From a virus (Duplodnaviria; Heunggongvirae; Uroviricota; Caudoviricetes), in the IMG/VR virus record IMGVR_UViG_2917413769_000001, positions 1 through 42,056 of that record: DNA of 42,056 nt, one strand, 5' to 3'. Positions 1 to 9,061 of this stretch are shown piece by piece. Under the pieces are notes generated by a model. The model saw nothing but the letters and a program-made list of their open reading frames with translations, was not told the DNA's origin and searched no databases. Made by a program: the position numbers and the translations under genes. The first letter of the stretch is position 1. Each line of letters opens with the position of its first letter.

Positions 1-393
1 ATTAGCAGAGCCCCCGGCTGTGCCCGATGTATAGAAACCACTTTGGACCTCTGCAACCTGGACGAAGCCATTTTCCGAGCCACGAGTGGCAAAGTTGGCT
101 ATCACATCTTTTAACGCCCATCCCTTCGCAACCGTGCCTTCCTGCCCACGAATAACCGTTAAATTATCACCACTCACCGCGGTCAAATGACAGATTTCGA
201 ATGCAGTTTCGCCAGAGTCTGTCAGCGTAATCTTTGCGTAATTTTTCAACGTAGTCGATTTGTTGCTGAAATCGGAAGTGAGCAGCGCCGCGAACATTGC
301 CCCTCCACCAGGTAGAACAGGGATGGTTGTCTGGCTTGATGTAATATCGGATGCCAGAGCAGAAACCACGTTATTACCAAATCCCAATATCAT
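1..393 (-). CDS. Tail fiber protein, N-terminal part (partial; gene runs off the window start)
   Basis: Minus-strand frame open from ATG at 393 to position 1 with no stop; Gly/Ser/Thr-rich N-terminus (MILGFGNNVV...); last gene of the baseplate module. Confidence 0.4.
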   Translation of the reverse strand, partial: MILGFGNNVVSALASDITSSQTTIPVLPGGGAMFAALLTSDFSNKSTTLKNYAKITLTDSGETAFEICHLTAVSGDNLTVIRGQEGTVAKGWALKDVIANFATRGSENGFVQVAEVQSGFYTSGTAGGSAN

Positions 394-420
394 TTTTTCA
401 CCATTCTTAGTGACAGGAAA

Positions 421-1044
421 TTAAACAGAGAAATCGACAGTGAAGCTGTAAATAAACGGCAGCTTTACGATCCCCTGCTCTATTGCCTCTTTCAGAAAAA
501 CCCCGACGCTGTCAGTTGAATCAGGAAGGATAATCACGAATACACCGTTGTTCGGAACGACAGAAATATCAAAGGTGTTAGTTACGGGAGGATCAATGCC
601 ATTCGGACCACAGAGAAAGCGTGCGATGCGCCTTTTCAACCAGTCCAGATTGAACTGAAAACCGTCGGCTTTATAAAAATTCCAGGTCAGGATCCGCTTG
701 AAGTAATCATCGACTACATAGGTCGTCGCGCCTGGCACGAAGTTTTTCATCCCGGCATAGGGGATCGTGTTGTAGTCAATGGTGTTATAAGCCCCCTTAG
801 CTATCGCTTCCTGAGATACCTGCAATAACGGACGTGTTTCCCCATAAATCCCGGCGACAACCCAATCGAGCAGCTTTCCGGATAATGCAGGAGAAGGCCA
901 GTAAGGCAGGCTCAACGAGTTGAAATCATCAAGATATTCCTGGGCCATTTCGTTGTAAGCATCGAAGAACGCCACGACATTCTCATCGTCCCTGAACTGT
1001 TTGAAGCAGTAAGCGGGGATTATTGTGTCAACTGGTGCTTCCAT
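421..1044 (-). CDS. Baseplate / tail-fiber-associated protein (gpI-like position)
   Basis: 207-aa ORF between J-like baseplate gene and tail fiber; assignment by gene order only. Confidence 0.3.
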   Translation of the reverse strand: MEAPVDTIIPAYCFKQFRDDENVVAFFDAYNEMAQEYLDDFNSLSLPYWPSPALSGKLLDWVVAGIYGETRPLLQVSQEAIAKGAYNTIDYNTIPYAGMKNFVPGATTYVVDDYFKRILTWNFYKADGFQFNLDWLKRRIARFLCGPNGIDPPVTNTFDISVVPNNGVFVIILPDSTDSVGVFLKEAIEQGIVKLPFIYSFTVDFSV

Positions 1045-2254
1045 ATTTCTCTACCTGAATCTGGGCGGTTGAAGTGGTGAAGTAGGAGTACGTATCGCCA
1101 TACACCAGCGAAGAACCCGTCTCAGGCGGAACAATGGTCCCGTTGATACCAACCTGAATATCGATCATCGATACCAACGATGGCGGGACGAGTCCCTGCA
1201 CAGACTCGAGGAAAATCTCCTGAATCTGGAGGATGTTGATTGGCTGCCCTACTGCAATGCCGTTGATATAGTCGACAACGTTCTGCTGCACTGCTTTGGA
1301 CATACCGGCCGGGTCGATATATTTCGTTGATGCCGTACTCCAGGTGATGAAGACCGAAGCAGCCTGAGATGTCGGTACGACAAACGGCAGCTGGTAGCTG
1401 TCGGGGTAAGAGTCAATCTGTACCGTCTTTTTCTCCACCTCTGCACCGGAGGGATTGCTGACATCATTCGTCAGTGTCGAAATGTCCGGAACTGCTTTAT
1501 AAATGGCGTAGGCCACCTCGTACGGGTCACCACCACCGACCACCGCCACCCATTTCCCGGCTGCTGGCTGTCGGAACGAAACCAGGTTTGCTTGTACCCC
1601 ATCGACCGCTTGTACCATCATGCGAAAGAAATCCGGTACGCCCTGTGCAGTCGACATGCCTGACTGCATAACCTGCGCCCGGTACGAAGCATAGGACTGC
1701 GCCTCCAGTCCCGGCAGGCCCGTGGTCAGGTTGGTGCAGGTAACGTTGTAGTCCTTCGGTACCGACGTGATTATTTGGGTAACGGTACCTTCAGGAACAG
1801 CCCAGGAGTTGGGAGAAATCGCCAGGCAATAGACTGGCTCGGTTTGACCGCTCGAAGGGATGACGGTATCGCGCACTACGGCATACTGATTGTTGCCATC
1901 GCTCACAGTGAATCCCTTCGGGATAGGGAAGCCCGGTAGACCAGAGAACACCACATACACCGATGTGTTTGTTCCCTCCCCTTGCTGCACGCCGTAGATA
2001 TTACCCAACTGCATCAGCAACGGGATATTCGCGCCGTATGGACTGCATGAATTGATGAGATCGACACGCGCCTGATCAATCAGAGCAATCCCCCCGGTTC
2101 CTGTGCCAGCCATATCGGCAATCAGTCCCGGCGGCAGGTTTGCGGTGTAGCCAGGTACCTTTGCAGCGACACGAGAAATTAAACTGGCTAAAATAGTTTT
2201 TGGCGGCGTGGGCTTTGCCCCCGCCTCGGTCATGATTATGGGCAGATCAGACAT
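1028..2254 (-). CDS. Baseplate protein (gpJ-like position)
   Basis: 408-aa ORF in V-W-J-I-fiber order typical of P2/Mu-like baseplates; no motif confirmed. Confidence 0.35.
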   Translation of the reverse strand: MSDLPIIMTEAGAKPTPPKTILASLISRVAAKVPGYTANLPPGLIADMAGTGTGGIALIDQARVDLINSCSPYGANIPLLMQLGNIYGVQQGEGTNTSVYVVFSGLPGFPIPKGFTVSDGNNQYAVVRDTVIPSSGQTEPVYCLAISPNSWAVPEGTVTQIITSVPKDYNVTCTNLTTGLPGLEAQSYASYRAQVMQSGMSTAQGVPDFFRMMVQAVDGVQANLVSFRQPAAGKWVAVVGGGDPYEVAYAIYKAVPDISTLTNDVSNPSGAEVEKKTVQIDSYPDSYQLPFVVPTSQAASVFITWSTASTKYIDPAGMSKAVQQNVVDYINGIAVGQPINILQIQEIFLESVQGLVPPSLVSMIDIQVGINGTIVPPETGSSLVYGDTYSYFTTSTAQIQVEKYGSTS

Positions 2255-2275
2255 ATTCTCCCCTAAGGATAATTT

Positions 2276-2779
2276 ATGAAGAAAAAATTACTGCTATTAA
2301 TAACAATGATCACATCAGGATGCGTACCATATGCATACCGGACAGATCTTTCTGATTGTCTAAGCATTGGTAATTACACAAACAAAATAACTAATGAAAA
2401 AATAATCAATGAATTAAATAGTACAGAGATCAATAAAATTCAGAAAATAACTCCTACAGGTAATGTAAAATTTGGCGATGGTGACTCAACTGAATGCCCA
2501 GTCACCGTCACTCATGAAAATGGAACATCTGAACAAGGATTTCTTATATCTAGAGGCCGATGGTCTCAGCAGAAAAAATTAGAGTACAAATTTCTTTCAA
2601 AATGGGATGCGCAACAACAAGTTGAAGAAAATAATGCAGCAAATAAAATACGTACTGAACAAATAGAATCACAGGCTAGAGCACGCGACACAGAATCAAA
2701 ACATGATTTTCAGTCTGCATCTATAACTGCATATCCATTCAAGGCAGAGATCTATTGCTATAACAAAAAAAAATTTTAA
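2276..2779 (+). CDS. Putative lipoprotein (moron), function unknown
   Basis: Opposite strand to flanking tail genes; visibly AT-rich; RBS AAGGA 6 nt before ATG; N-terminus MKKKLLLLITMITSGC resembles a lipoprotein signal with lipobox Cys. Confidence 0.6.
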   Translation: MKKKLLLLITMITSGCVPYAYRTDLSDCLSIGNYTNKITNEKIINELNSTEINKIQKITPTGNVKFGDGDSTECPVTVTHENGTSEQGFLISRGRWSQQKKLEYKFLSKWDAQQQVEENNAANKIRTEQIESQARARDTESKHDFQSASITAYPFKAEIYCYNKKKF

Positions 2780-2780
2780 C

Positions 2781-3020
2781 ATGTACAAACCAGTGGACTG
2801 TGGCATTAGCGCTTCTGGAAAATTAGGACCAACAAATCTTTATGATAAACAAGCGCTAACTTTTGATATTCTTCTTCCATCCTCATTCACTCTTAAGGCG
2901 TCCATGGCTGAGCCAGACTTGTTTATGGGCATTAAGGTTGATATTCGTTCTCGTAAAACAAATGAAGTAGTGAACACCCGCACAGGCAGTTACACTGATA
3001 CTGTTTTTATTAGCAACTGA
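2781..3020 (+). CDS. Hypothetical protein (second moron gene, translationally coupled)
   Basis: ATG 2 nt after the stop of the lipoprotein gene; same strand and AT-rich composition; no signal peptide. Confidence 0.4.
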   Translation: MYKPVDCGISASGKLGPTNLYDKQALTFDILLPSSFTLKASMAEPDLFMGIKVDIRSRKTNEVVNTRTGSYTDTVFISN

Positions 3021-3041
3021 CTATCCCGATCATACATCGAA

Positions 3042-3389
3042 TCAAACAGCCACCGTTTTTTGATAGCTAATTCCATTTTTAAAAATAACGTCAATTTTAT
3101 AGGTGGGGTTAGCAGCCCCATCTACTTTTGAGATTGCCAGTGATGCGAAGTACCCGGCGAACTGCTGCTGTACCATGTTGACGTAAAAGTCCGGGTAAAC
3201 CTGCTGAACTATCGATTGCTGCGCCGGAATGCCGTACTGGGCATAAAACGGCGATTCACCCAAGCTAAGCTTCAGCGTCTGAATCAGTGTGGTCAGCCAG
3301 CCGTATGAAAAATCCCCATTAGAATCAGGCTCGACCAGTACCCACGTTTTTTTTCCGTTCTCGTCAGTGACGCGGCCCCAAGTTCTCAT
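3042..3389 (-). CDS. Baseplate protein (gpW/gp25-like position)
   Basis: 115-aa ORF, size and position consistent with gp25/W wedge proteins; by gene order. Confidence 0.3.
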   Translation of the reverse strand: MRTWGRVTDENGKKTWVLVEPDSNGDFSYGWLTTLIQTLKLSLGESPFYAQYGIPAQQSIVQQVYPDFYVNMVQQQFAGYFASLAISKVDGAANPTYKIDVIFKNGISYQKTVAV

Positions 3390-3400
3390 GAAAATCTCCT

Positions 3401-4120
3401 CTATGCGCCTGGTGTTGGAGGTTCGGAAGGAATATCTGCACTACCTGGTTCGACACCTTTAACCAAGTGCGGGTGATCAATGAGGCTGACCTCACCGGCC
3501 ACTACATCCTTCGTCACGTTCATTGGACCAATAAACGTAGCCGTGGTACTGGTCATCTGGTCAGGATCCTGCACTATTGGTCCGTTAAGGTGCAGCGTTC
3601 CCCCGCCCAAGTAAATATCCTTGGCATTGAGGTAAATGGCGTCTGCTTTCTGCGTAATTGTTCCCGGTTCCACTGTTATTGAACTGACCCCGTCGGCCGT
3701 TTTCAAAATGGCGCCATCAGGACCATATAGCACTATTTTGTTCGGATCCTCCTTCGTCCAACCCACGTTGGATAAAGGTACAAAGAACAGCGGAACCAGT
3801 GATAGCGTTAACGACCTGCTGGCAATCCCGGTCCCCAAGCCTGATACCCCTCGCAGCGAGACATCAGCAGCCACGGTCACCCCTTTATCACCTTCCTGTA
3901 TCGGGTATCTGATGTATTCAAAAGTAGCGACAGGAAGGGTTGTCTGCGGGTACTGAGTGCCATCTGGAAGCATATCGAACTGCACTGTGACGATCTGCCC
4001 ATCAACCGCAACAACATGGCAGGGTAGAGATCGACCGGATATAGCAGTCCGGTCTTCATTTGCCGTATGGATCGCGTTATTCAGAGCCTTCAGGAAAGGA
4101 AAAGTTTGTCCATTGCTCAT
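3401..4120 (-). CDS. Baseplate spike/assembly protein (gpV-like position)
   Basis: 239-aa ORF upstream of W-like gene; by gene order. Confidence 0.3.
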   Translation of the reverse strand: MSNGQTFPFLKALNNAIHTANEDRTAISGRSLPCHVVAVDGQIVTVQFDMLPDGTQYPQTTLPVATFEYIRYPIQEGDKGVTVAADVSLRGVSGLGTGIASRSLTLSLVPLFFVPLSNVGWTKEDPNKIVLYGPDGAILKTADGVSSITVEPGTITQKADAIYLNAKDIYLGGGTLHLNGPIVQDPDQMTSTTATFIGPMNVTKDVVAGEVSLIDHPHLVKGVEPGSADIPSEPPTPGA

Positions 4121-5121
4121 GTTGTATTCTTCGCCAGCGCGACGGCCTCGTAGATTGTCACCCAGGAATTGGTGTTATCAGGGTTAAGGAAATCGCCGAC
4201 ATGGCGCACTGATGTTACCAGGAATTTTCCCGAGAAATTCACTCGGTTACGCAGCGATGAGTACGAGCGTTCACTATTAACCGAAAGGAGCGCCCCTGGT
4301 CCCGAGATAATATTTTCGGGCAAAGCAACCTTCATTCCACAGAACAAATCTGAGCGAAGGGGACACTTGAACGAAACACTGAACATACCAATCCAGTTCG
4401 GCTGGTCAATCAATTCCTGGGGGAGAATTTGAACTGTGCCATCGTCGGTAGTGTTATTGTCGAAAACGCGAATGACCCGGTTTTGCATCACCATCTGCAC
4501 TCCGGTGTAATCAGCACGACTTACATAGGAGAAAGAGTGACTTCGAATTACGGCAGCAAGTTGGGTTAGTCGCGGATAAACACCAGTAGCGGGCTCTGCA
4601 AGCACCAACTGGTCATTGATGGAAATGTCAATTTTGAATCCGGGATAAGCAACTGCCAGCGCGCGGTTGAGCACATCACTTAACTTCTCCCCTTTTTTTC
4701 CATCGAGTGTAATGCTGTTCTCTTGCCCTTTGTCATTCAGCAACGGGCTGGGATTCACCACGAAATTAAGAGACTGATTAGTCCCCTGCCACACCGGAAA
4801 AGGGTTATAAATCTGCCCGCTGAGAATAAGTCCACCCTGATTGGGGTTTGCAAGTGGAAGTCCTGCAGAAAAGCCGGCGATCAAATCGACCCGGCATCCT
4901 GCCAGTTGCGTGCTCTCCCGCAGCATTGAAATTGGCACGCCAAACAGGGAAATTCTGGTACCGCTGGAAACAACGTCATACCCGGTGATTAGTGCGTCGA
5001 ACTGGATTTGTAGCGCTGACCCTGGAGACAGAGAACTGTCAAACGGGCCAATCGGATTACCTGTGTCATCCAGCGGCGTTTTGCCATTTTTGTCAGTTAG
5101 TTCGAGTCTGTAGTATTTCAT
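4117..5121 (-). CDS. Tail protein (gpD-like position)
   Basis: 334-aa ORF between tape-measure region and baseplate genes. Confidence 0.3.
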   Translation of the reverse strand: MKYYRLELTDKNGKTPLDDTGNPIGPFDSSLSPGSALQIQFDALITGYDVVSSGTRISLFGVPISMLRESTQLAGCRVDLIAGFSAGLPLANPNQGGLILSGQIYNPFPVWQGTNQSLNFVVNPSPLLNDKGQENSITLDGKKGEKLSDVLNRALAVAYPGFKIDISINDQLVLAEPATGVYPRLTQLAAVIRSHSFSYVSRADYTGVQMVMQNRVIRVFDNNTTDDGTVQILPQELIDQPNWIGMFSVSFKCPLRSDLFCGMKVALPENIISGPGALLSVNSERSYSSLRNRVNFSGKFLVTSVRHVGDFLNPDNTNSWVTIYEAVALAKNTT

Positions 5122-5387
5122 CAGGTCGCCTCGAACTGGTTCGAACTGACCCGGAAGACAAGCGACCCCGGCGCGTAAGGGAGCGCCAAGTTGATGTCAT
5201 AATCGTCAGGAGAGCCAACAAGCGGCACATACCAAACAACCTGCCCTTGCCCATCGGTGAGCCTGAGGTAATAGCGGTTTGCATACTGGTTGTATGGGAC
5301 GGTACCGAACAGTTTCGCGCCGCCGACAGTGGCCTGAAACGAGAAAGGAGTCTTCCCGTCAGGATTGAAGGGTATAGTGGTTGTCAT
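5121..5387 (-). CDS. Tail protein, small
   Basis: 88-aa ORF, start/stop coupled to neighbours in the tail operon. Confidence 0.3.
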   Translation of the reverse strand: MTTTIPFNPDGKTPFSFQATVGGAKLFGTVPYNQYANRYYLRLTDGQGQVVWYVPLVGSPDDYDINLALPYAPGSLVFRVSSNQFEAT

Positions 5388-5395
5388 GTTGAGAC

Positions 5396-6064
5396 CTAAA
5401 ATTTTGGAAAAGCAGGAATCAGATCGCCATTACTCCACCAGGATCCTGTATCCGCTGAAAAAGTTGTCGGCATTCCCGATTCGAATTTACTCATCAGGCC
5501 GCCGAGTGCCGCCTCCACCTGTGATATTGCGAGAAGCGGCTGTTCAAACTCCATTTCCCAGGTGTGTTGAACCTGCTTATTCTGCTCAGAAAATCCCGAC
5601 ACATCGACAAACGAGCGCATCAGGCAGCCGGTGTAGATATACGAGGGCGTCATCACGACGTAATAGCCGCCGCTCTGATTGTGCTTATCCAGCGCCAGTT
5701 TCAGTGCGGCGAAGGTGATCCCCTTGGTTGCGTACCCTCCATCCTTCGTGGATGCAGGTCGTAGCATCTGCATTCGCACCTGGTTCGGACGGTTGATTAC
5801 CGAGTTAGCCGCCGTCGCCATGTTGTAAAAATTGAGAGTTCCGATTTCTTGCCTGATTAGTGAAGTTCCGGCCATTGGAGTGAAGTGGGCTGTTGGTCCG
5901 GAGAGTTCACCGTGAAGCAGACCATCAACAATACTCACACCTTCGGTCAGAACCGCGATCGGCATCATGCCCCCGGGTATTTCGGAGGCAATGCCCTCAA
6001 CTAGAATTATCGGCGAAACCTCGAAGGCCAGACGGAACGCCTGACCAAAGTAATTCAATGCCAT
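5396..6064 (-). CDS. Tail structural protein
   Basis: 222-aa ORF immediately downstream of the tape-measure-like gene. Confidence 0.3.
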   Translation of the reverse strand: MALNYFGQAFRLAFEVSPIILVEGIASEIPGGMMPIAVLTEGVSIVDGLLHGELSGPTAHFTPMAGTSLIRQEIGTLNFYNMATAANSVINRPNQVRMQMLRPASTKDGGYATKGITFAALKLALDKHNQSGGYYVVMTPSYIYTGCLMRSFVDVSGFSEQNKQVQHTWEMEFEQPLLAISQVEAALGGLMSKFESGMPTTFSADTGSWWSNGDLIPAFPKF

Positions 6065-6067
6065 GCG

Positions 6068-7927
6068 TTACCTCGGCGTTATGTAGATCCCCTGAACCTG
6101 AGCCTGAATATCGGAGCCTGGCTTTTCGTTTACCTGGAGGTTGATTGTGGCCCGATCGCTAACTCCACCTTTACCGAGAGTGCTACTTGCGTCACTCAAT
6201 TGCTGGAGAATGCCAGGATGCTGTTCAACTGCGCCCTGAACTTTAGGCAGAATATTCAGTAAATAATCGACAGTCTCTTTTTTGAGATTGAGATTGCCGT
6301 CCTTCGAAACAGCAATATTGCCGCCGTTGTACTGAGCCAACGCTTTTGCAACATCCCCACCATATCTGTTCAGATTGTCGCGGAAATATTTGCCAGCAGC
6401 ATCGACTGACTTCTCTGGATCAAAGCGTTCCATTGTCGACAGCCCATAACCAGATGCTGTCGGTGTGGTGAACTGGAAGAGTCCGGCTGCCCCTGACTTT
6501 TTGTTATAAGCCAATGGATTACCGCTGGACTCTTTCATTGCTACAGCGCCAAGCAGCCCGGCTGGTAGTTGGTTATCCTGAGCAACCTGATCAAATCTCG
6601 TTTTTAAAGAAGCCAGTTGGCTATCTGGCATGTGATAACCAAGGCCATTCTTATCAAAAATGTTTTTATCGGACCAAATTCCGGTGTACTTGCCCGTGGC
6701 TTGATTTGAGCCTGGCAGTTTCCCGTTCAGGTATTCATCCCCATACATTTTAAGGATTGGGTTTACCTGATCCGGCCCTTTCCCTGTCCCAGACAGATCC
6801 ACTCCAGGAACATTACCGGCTATCCACTTAATGGCCTGGCCCAGCGCTGTAACGATGGCCTTTACACAATCTGCGAAGGTTTTCAGATCGGTCTGGAAGC
6901 TATCTCCACCCAGCCAGTCGCCCAGTTTGTGCAGGCCGCTCGCCAGCGTGTCGAATACAGCTTTCCCGTTTTTACCGTTGAGGAATTTTTCGATGCTGGC
7001 GGTCAGGTTGTCGGAGATTTTACCGATGGGGGCGCTCAGCTTCGCCAGTGCTTTCAGAAAAGAGTTTCCGATCCGGTCGGCGTTGTATTCAAACTTTGCA
7101 GTTAAATCCTGGTATTTCTGCTGAGTGCCGCTACCCATATCCCGGTCAAGAACCTGTGACTGCTCAGTGAACTGCTTACTCAGCTGCGGCAGGCGGTCGC
7201 TGTTCGCAAGAATTTGGTTAGCGGTCGCCACATCGATCACACCATCGAGGCCATAGCCTTGTAGCACGGATTGCGAGACACCAGTACCTTTGTACTGCTG
7301 TAAGAGACGGGAAACGCCCTCCAGCAGTTTCGGCATATTTTCGGCGGCACCAGCCTGCGGATTGATGCCCAACGACATAATCCCGGCGTACTGCGGGTTA
7401 TTTGGAGCATTCTGTACCGCAGCCAGCGCCTGCATGATGTTCCCGGTATTACTGATTCGGGTGCCGTAGACGTTGTTAGCGGCCTGCATCTGCCCAGAAG
7501 TGACATTCAAACCCTGCGCGGTGCGGTACTGATCGGCAACGTGGCGTGCCATTAATCCATAGCCAAATGGACCGGCCACACTCAGCGCCGCAATTTTAGT
7601 CCCCCAACTGATGGTGGTGGCAAACAGCCCCTTCAGCGTACTGGTGGTGGCCCCGAGAGTTTTATTGATGAGCGTGAAGGTTTTCAGTGTGCCCTGGGCT
7701 TCCTTGTTCAGCCCCTTCATGAACTTGTCGAAACCGGACGCATCCGGCTTTTTCCCTGTCTGCTCTTCAGGTTTTTTGGCTGGTGGCCGAGCCGTGGGAG
7801 CCGGGACCGGAAAACCACCCGGCCCGACGGTGATGGCTGCCTTAAATTTGTCGGCGATCTCGTGGAGCGCCTTGATTTTTTCGTCGTCGAAATCCAGAGT
7901 CAAAACTGGAAGCTGATTCCCTGCCAT
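6068..7927 (-). CDS. Tail tape-measure-like protein with C-terminal lytic transglycosylase (SLT) domain
   Basis: 619 aa, at tape-measure position; motif AVAMKESSGNPLAYNKKSGAAGLFQF matches the SLT catalytic Glu-Ser and G-L-x-Q signature. Confidence 0.6.
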   Translation of the reverse strand: MAGNQLPVLTLDFDDEKIKALHEIADKFKAAITVGPGGFPVPAPTARPPAKKPEEQTGKKPDASGFDKFMKGLNKEAQGTLKTFTLINKTLGATTSTLKGLFATTISWGTKIAALSVAGPFGYGLMARHVADQYRTAQGLNVTSGQMQAANNVYGTRISNTGNIMQALAAVQNAPNNPQYAGIMSLGINPQAGAAENMPKLLEGVSRLLQQYKGTGVSQSVLQGYGLDGVIDVATANQILANSDRLPQLSKQFTEQSQVLDRDMGSGTQQKYQDLTAKFEYNADRIGNSFLKALAKLSAPIGKISDNLTASIEKFLNGKNGKAVFDTLASGLHKLGDWLGGDSFQTDLKTFADCVKAIVTALGQAIKWIAGNVPGVDLSGTGKGPDQVNPILKMYGDEYLNGKLPGSNQATGKYTGIWSDKNIFDKNGLGYHMPDSQLASLKTRFDQVAQDNQLPAGLLGAVAMKESSGNPLAYNKKSGAAGLFQFTTPTASGYGLSTMERFDPEKSVDAAGKYFRDNLNRYGGDVAKALAQYNGGNIAVSKDGNLNLKKETVDYLLNILPKVQGAVEQHPGILQQLSDASSTLGKGGVSDRATINLQVNEKPGSDIQAQVQGIYITPR

Positions 7928-8622
7928 CAGAACAACCCCCGCGGCGGTTTGAGTTTCAGCAGCTCACGTAACTGAGCCGCTGTTTTCAGGTTTATTCCGC
8001 TATCTGTCCAGAGTTCGGGGAATCCGACTCCGGCGGAGAAGTCGAGAATTTCGGAGATGACGTGTTCACCGTCTCGCCAGAACTGGCGGCAGGCTTCGAC
8101 ATCTGCAATGAAGCAGTCCAGTCCATAAGACTCAAGGATGTGGTTTGACTGCCCCAGACTCCATTGACCTGGTCCATAACTTCCTTCGCCTGATTTGGTT
8201 TGTTCACTGACGAGACGCATGTAAAAAAAAACGAGTTCGCCGATCACATCATCCATATCGACAATTTCACGCTCCAGCGCCACATCCAGCGGTTTGGTAT
8301 CCCAGCCCTTCCCCTCTACCGGATAGACCAGACTTGAGAGGCGAATGATTTCGTTGACCAGAGTGTTGTGAACTCCGTTTGAACCATCCCAGGCATCATT
8401 ACCTTTTGCGATTTTTTCGAGGAAGAGATACGCCACCCGAGGTCCGGCAACAATCCCCAGCCCTTCAGTGAAAATTGCCGAGAAAGTTTTAGCCAAAATC
8501 AGGAAGTGCTCGCGGTAAACCTCTTTCGAGATTGGCGCAGAATGAACGTAAGCCGTACCCAGCTCAGTTTCGACAGGAACGATCAGGTTGAGGTTTCGAG
8601 AAATTTTCATCAGAGATCCCAC
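7927..8622 (-). CDS. Tail assembly chaperone (by position)
   Basis: 231-aa ORF between tube-like and tape-measure-like genes. Confidence 0.3.
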   Translation of the reverse strand: MGSLMKISRNLNLIVPVETELGTAYVHSAPISKEVYREHFLILAKTFSAIFTEGLGIVAGPRVAYLFLEKIAKGNDAWDGSNGVHNTLVNEIIRLSSLVYPVEGKGWDTKPLDVALEREIVDMDDVIGELVFFYMRLVSEQTKSGEGSYGPGQWSLGQSNHILESYGLDCFIADVEACRQFWRDGEHVISEILDFSAGVGFPELWTDSGINLKTAAQLRELLKLKPPRGLF

Positions 8623-9050
8623 ATTTCCGAGTTGATGTAATAGGTTCCAGTGATAGTAAGGGCAACGCCCGGCTCACCGCCTGCAAAGCTCATGTCAGCC
8701 ACGCTCGTGATGGCAGTATTCAAAAGCTGAAAATCGCCAAAAACTTTGCTGTCCGAATACACCTGAGCATCGCCAATTGCAGAGTTCGCCTCCCACTGCG
8801 TTTTGTACTGCGAACCAAGGGACTGGCTGCGCAGCAGATGAACCTTAGCCTGCATAATCATGTACGGCTGAGGTGACTGAACGGCTCCGGTCATGGCCGG
8901 GAGGAAATCGGTCATATTTCCCTGGAAGGTCAACTCAATACCCTCCTTCGCAAGATATGAAGCCGAAACGTTGAGTTCGGCATGGTCGGTAAATTTGATA
9001 CTGGCACGTACGCGGTTAAGCGTGCCAACAGGAATCATTGGATTCGGCAC
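8610..9050 (-). CDS. Tail tube protein (by position and size)
   Basis: 146-aa ORF directly downstream of the sheath-sized gene. Confidence 0.35.
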   Translation of the reverse strand: MPNPMIPVGTLNRVRASIKFTDHAELNVSASYLAKEGIELTFQGNMTDFLPAMTGAVQSPQPYMIMQAKVHLLRSQSLGSQYKTQWEANSAIGDAQVYSDSKVFGDFQLLNTAITSVADMSFAGGEPGVALTITGTYYINSEMWDL

Positions 9051-9061
9051 GGTTCAACTCC

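Noticed and set aside
1249-1671. Short ORFs on both strands inside the gpJ-like baseplate gene
   Set aside because: Fully embedded in a longer, better-supported ORF; Arg/Pro-rich composition typical of out-of-frame translation; no RBS.
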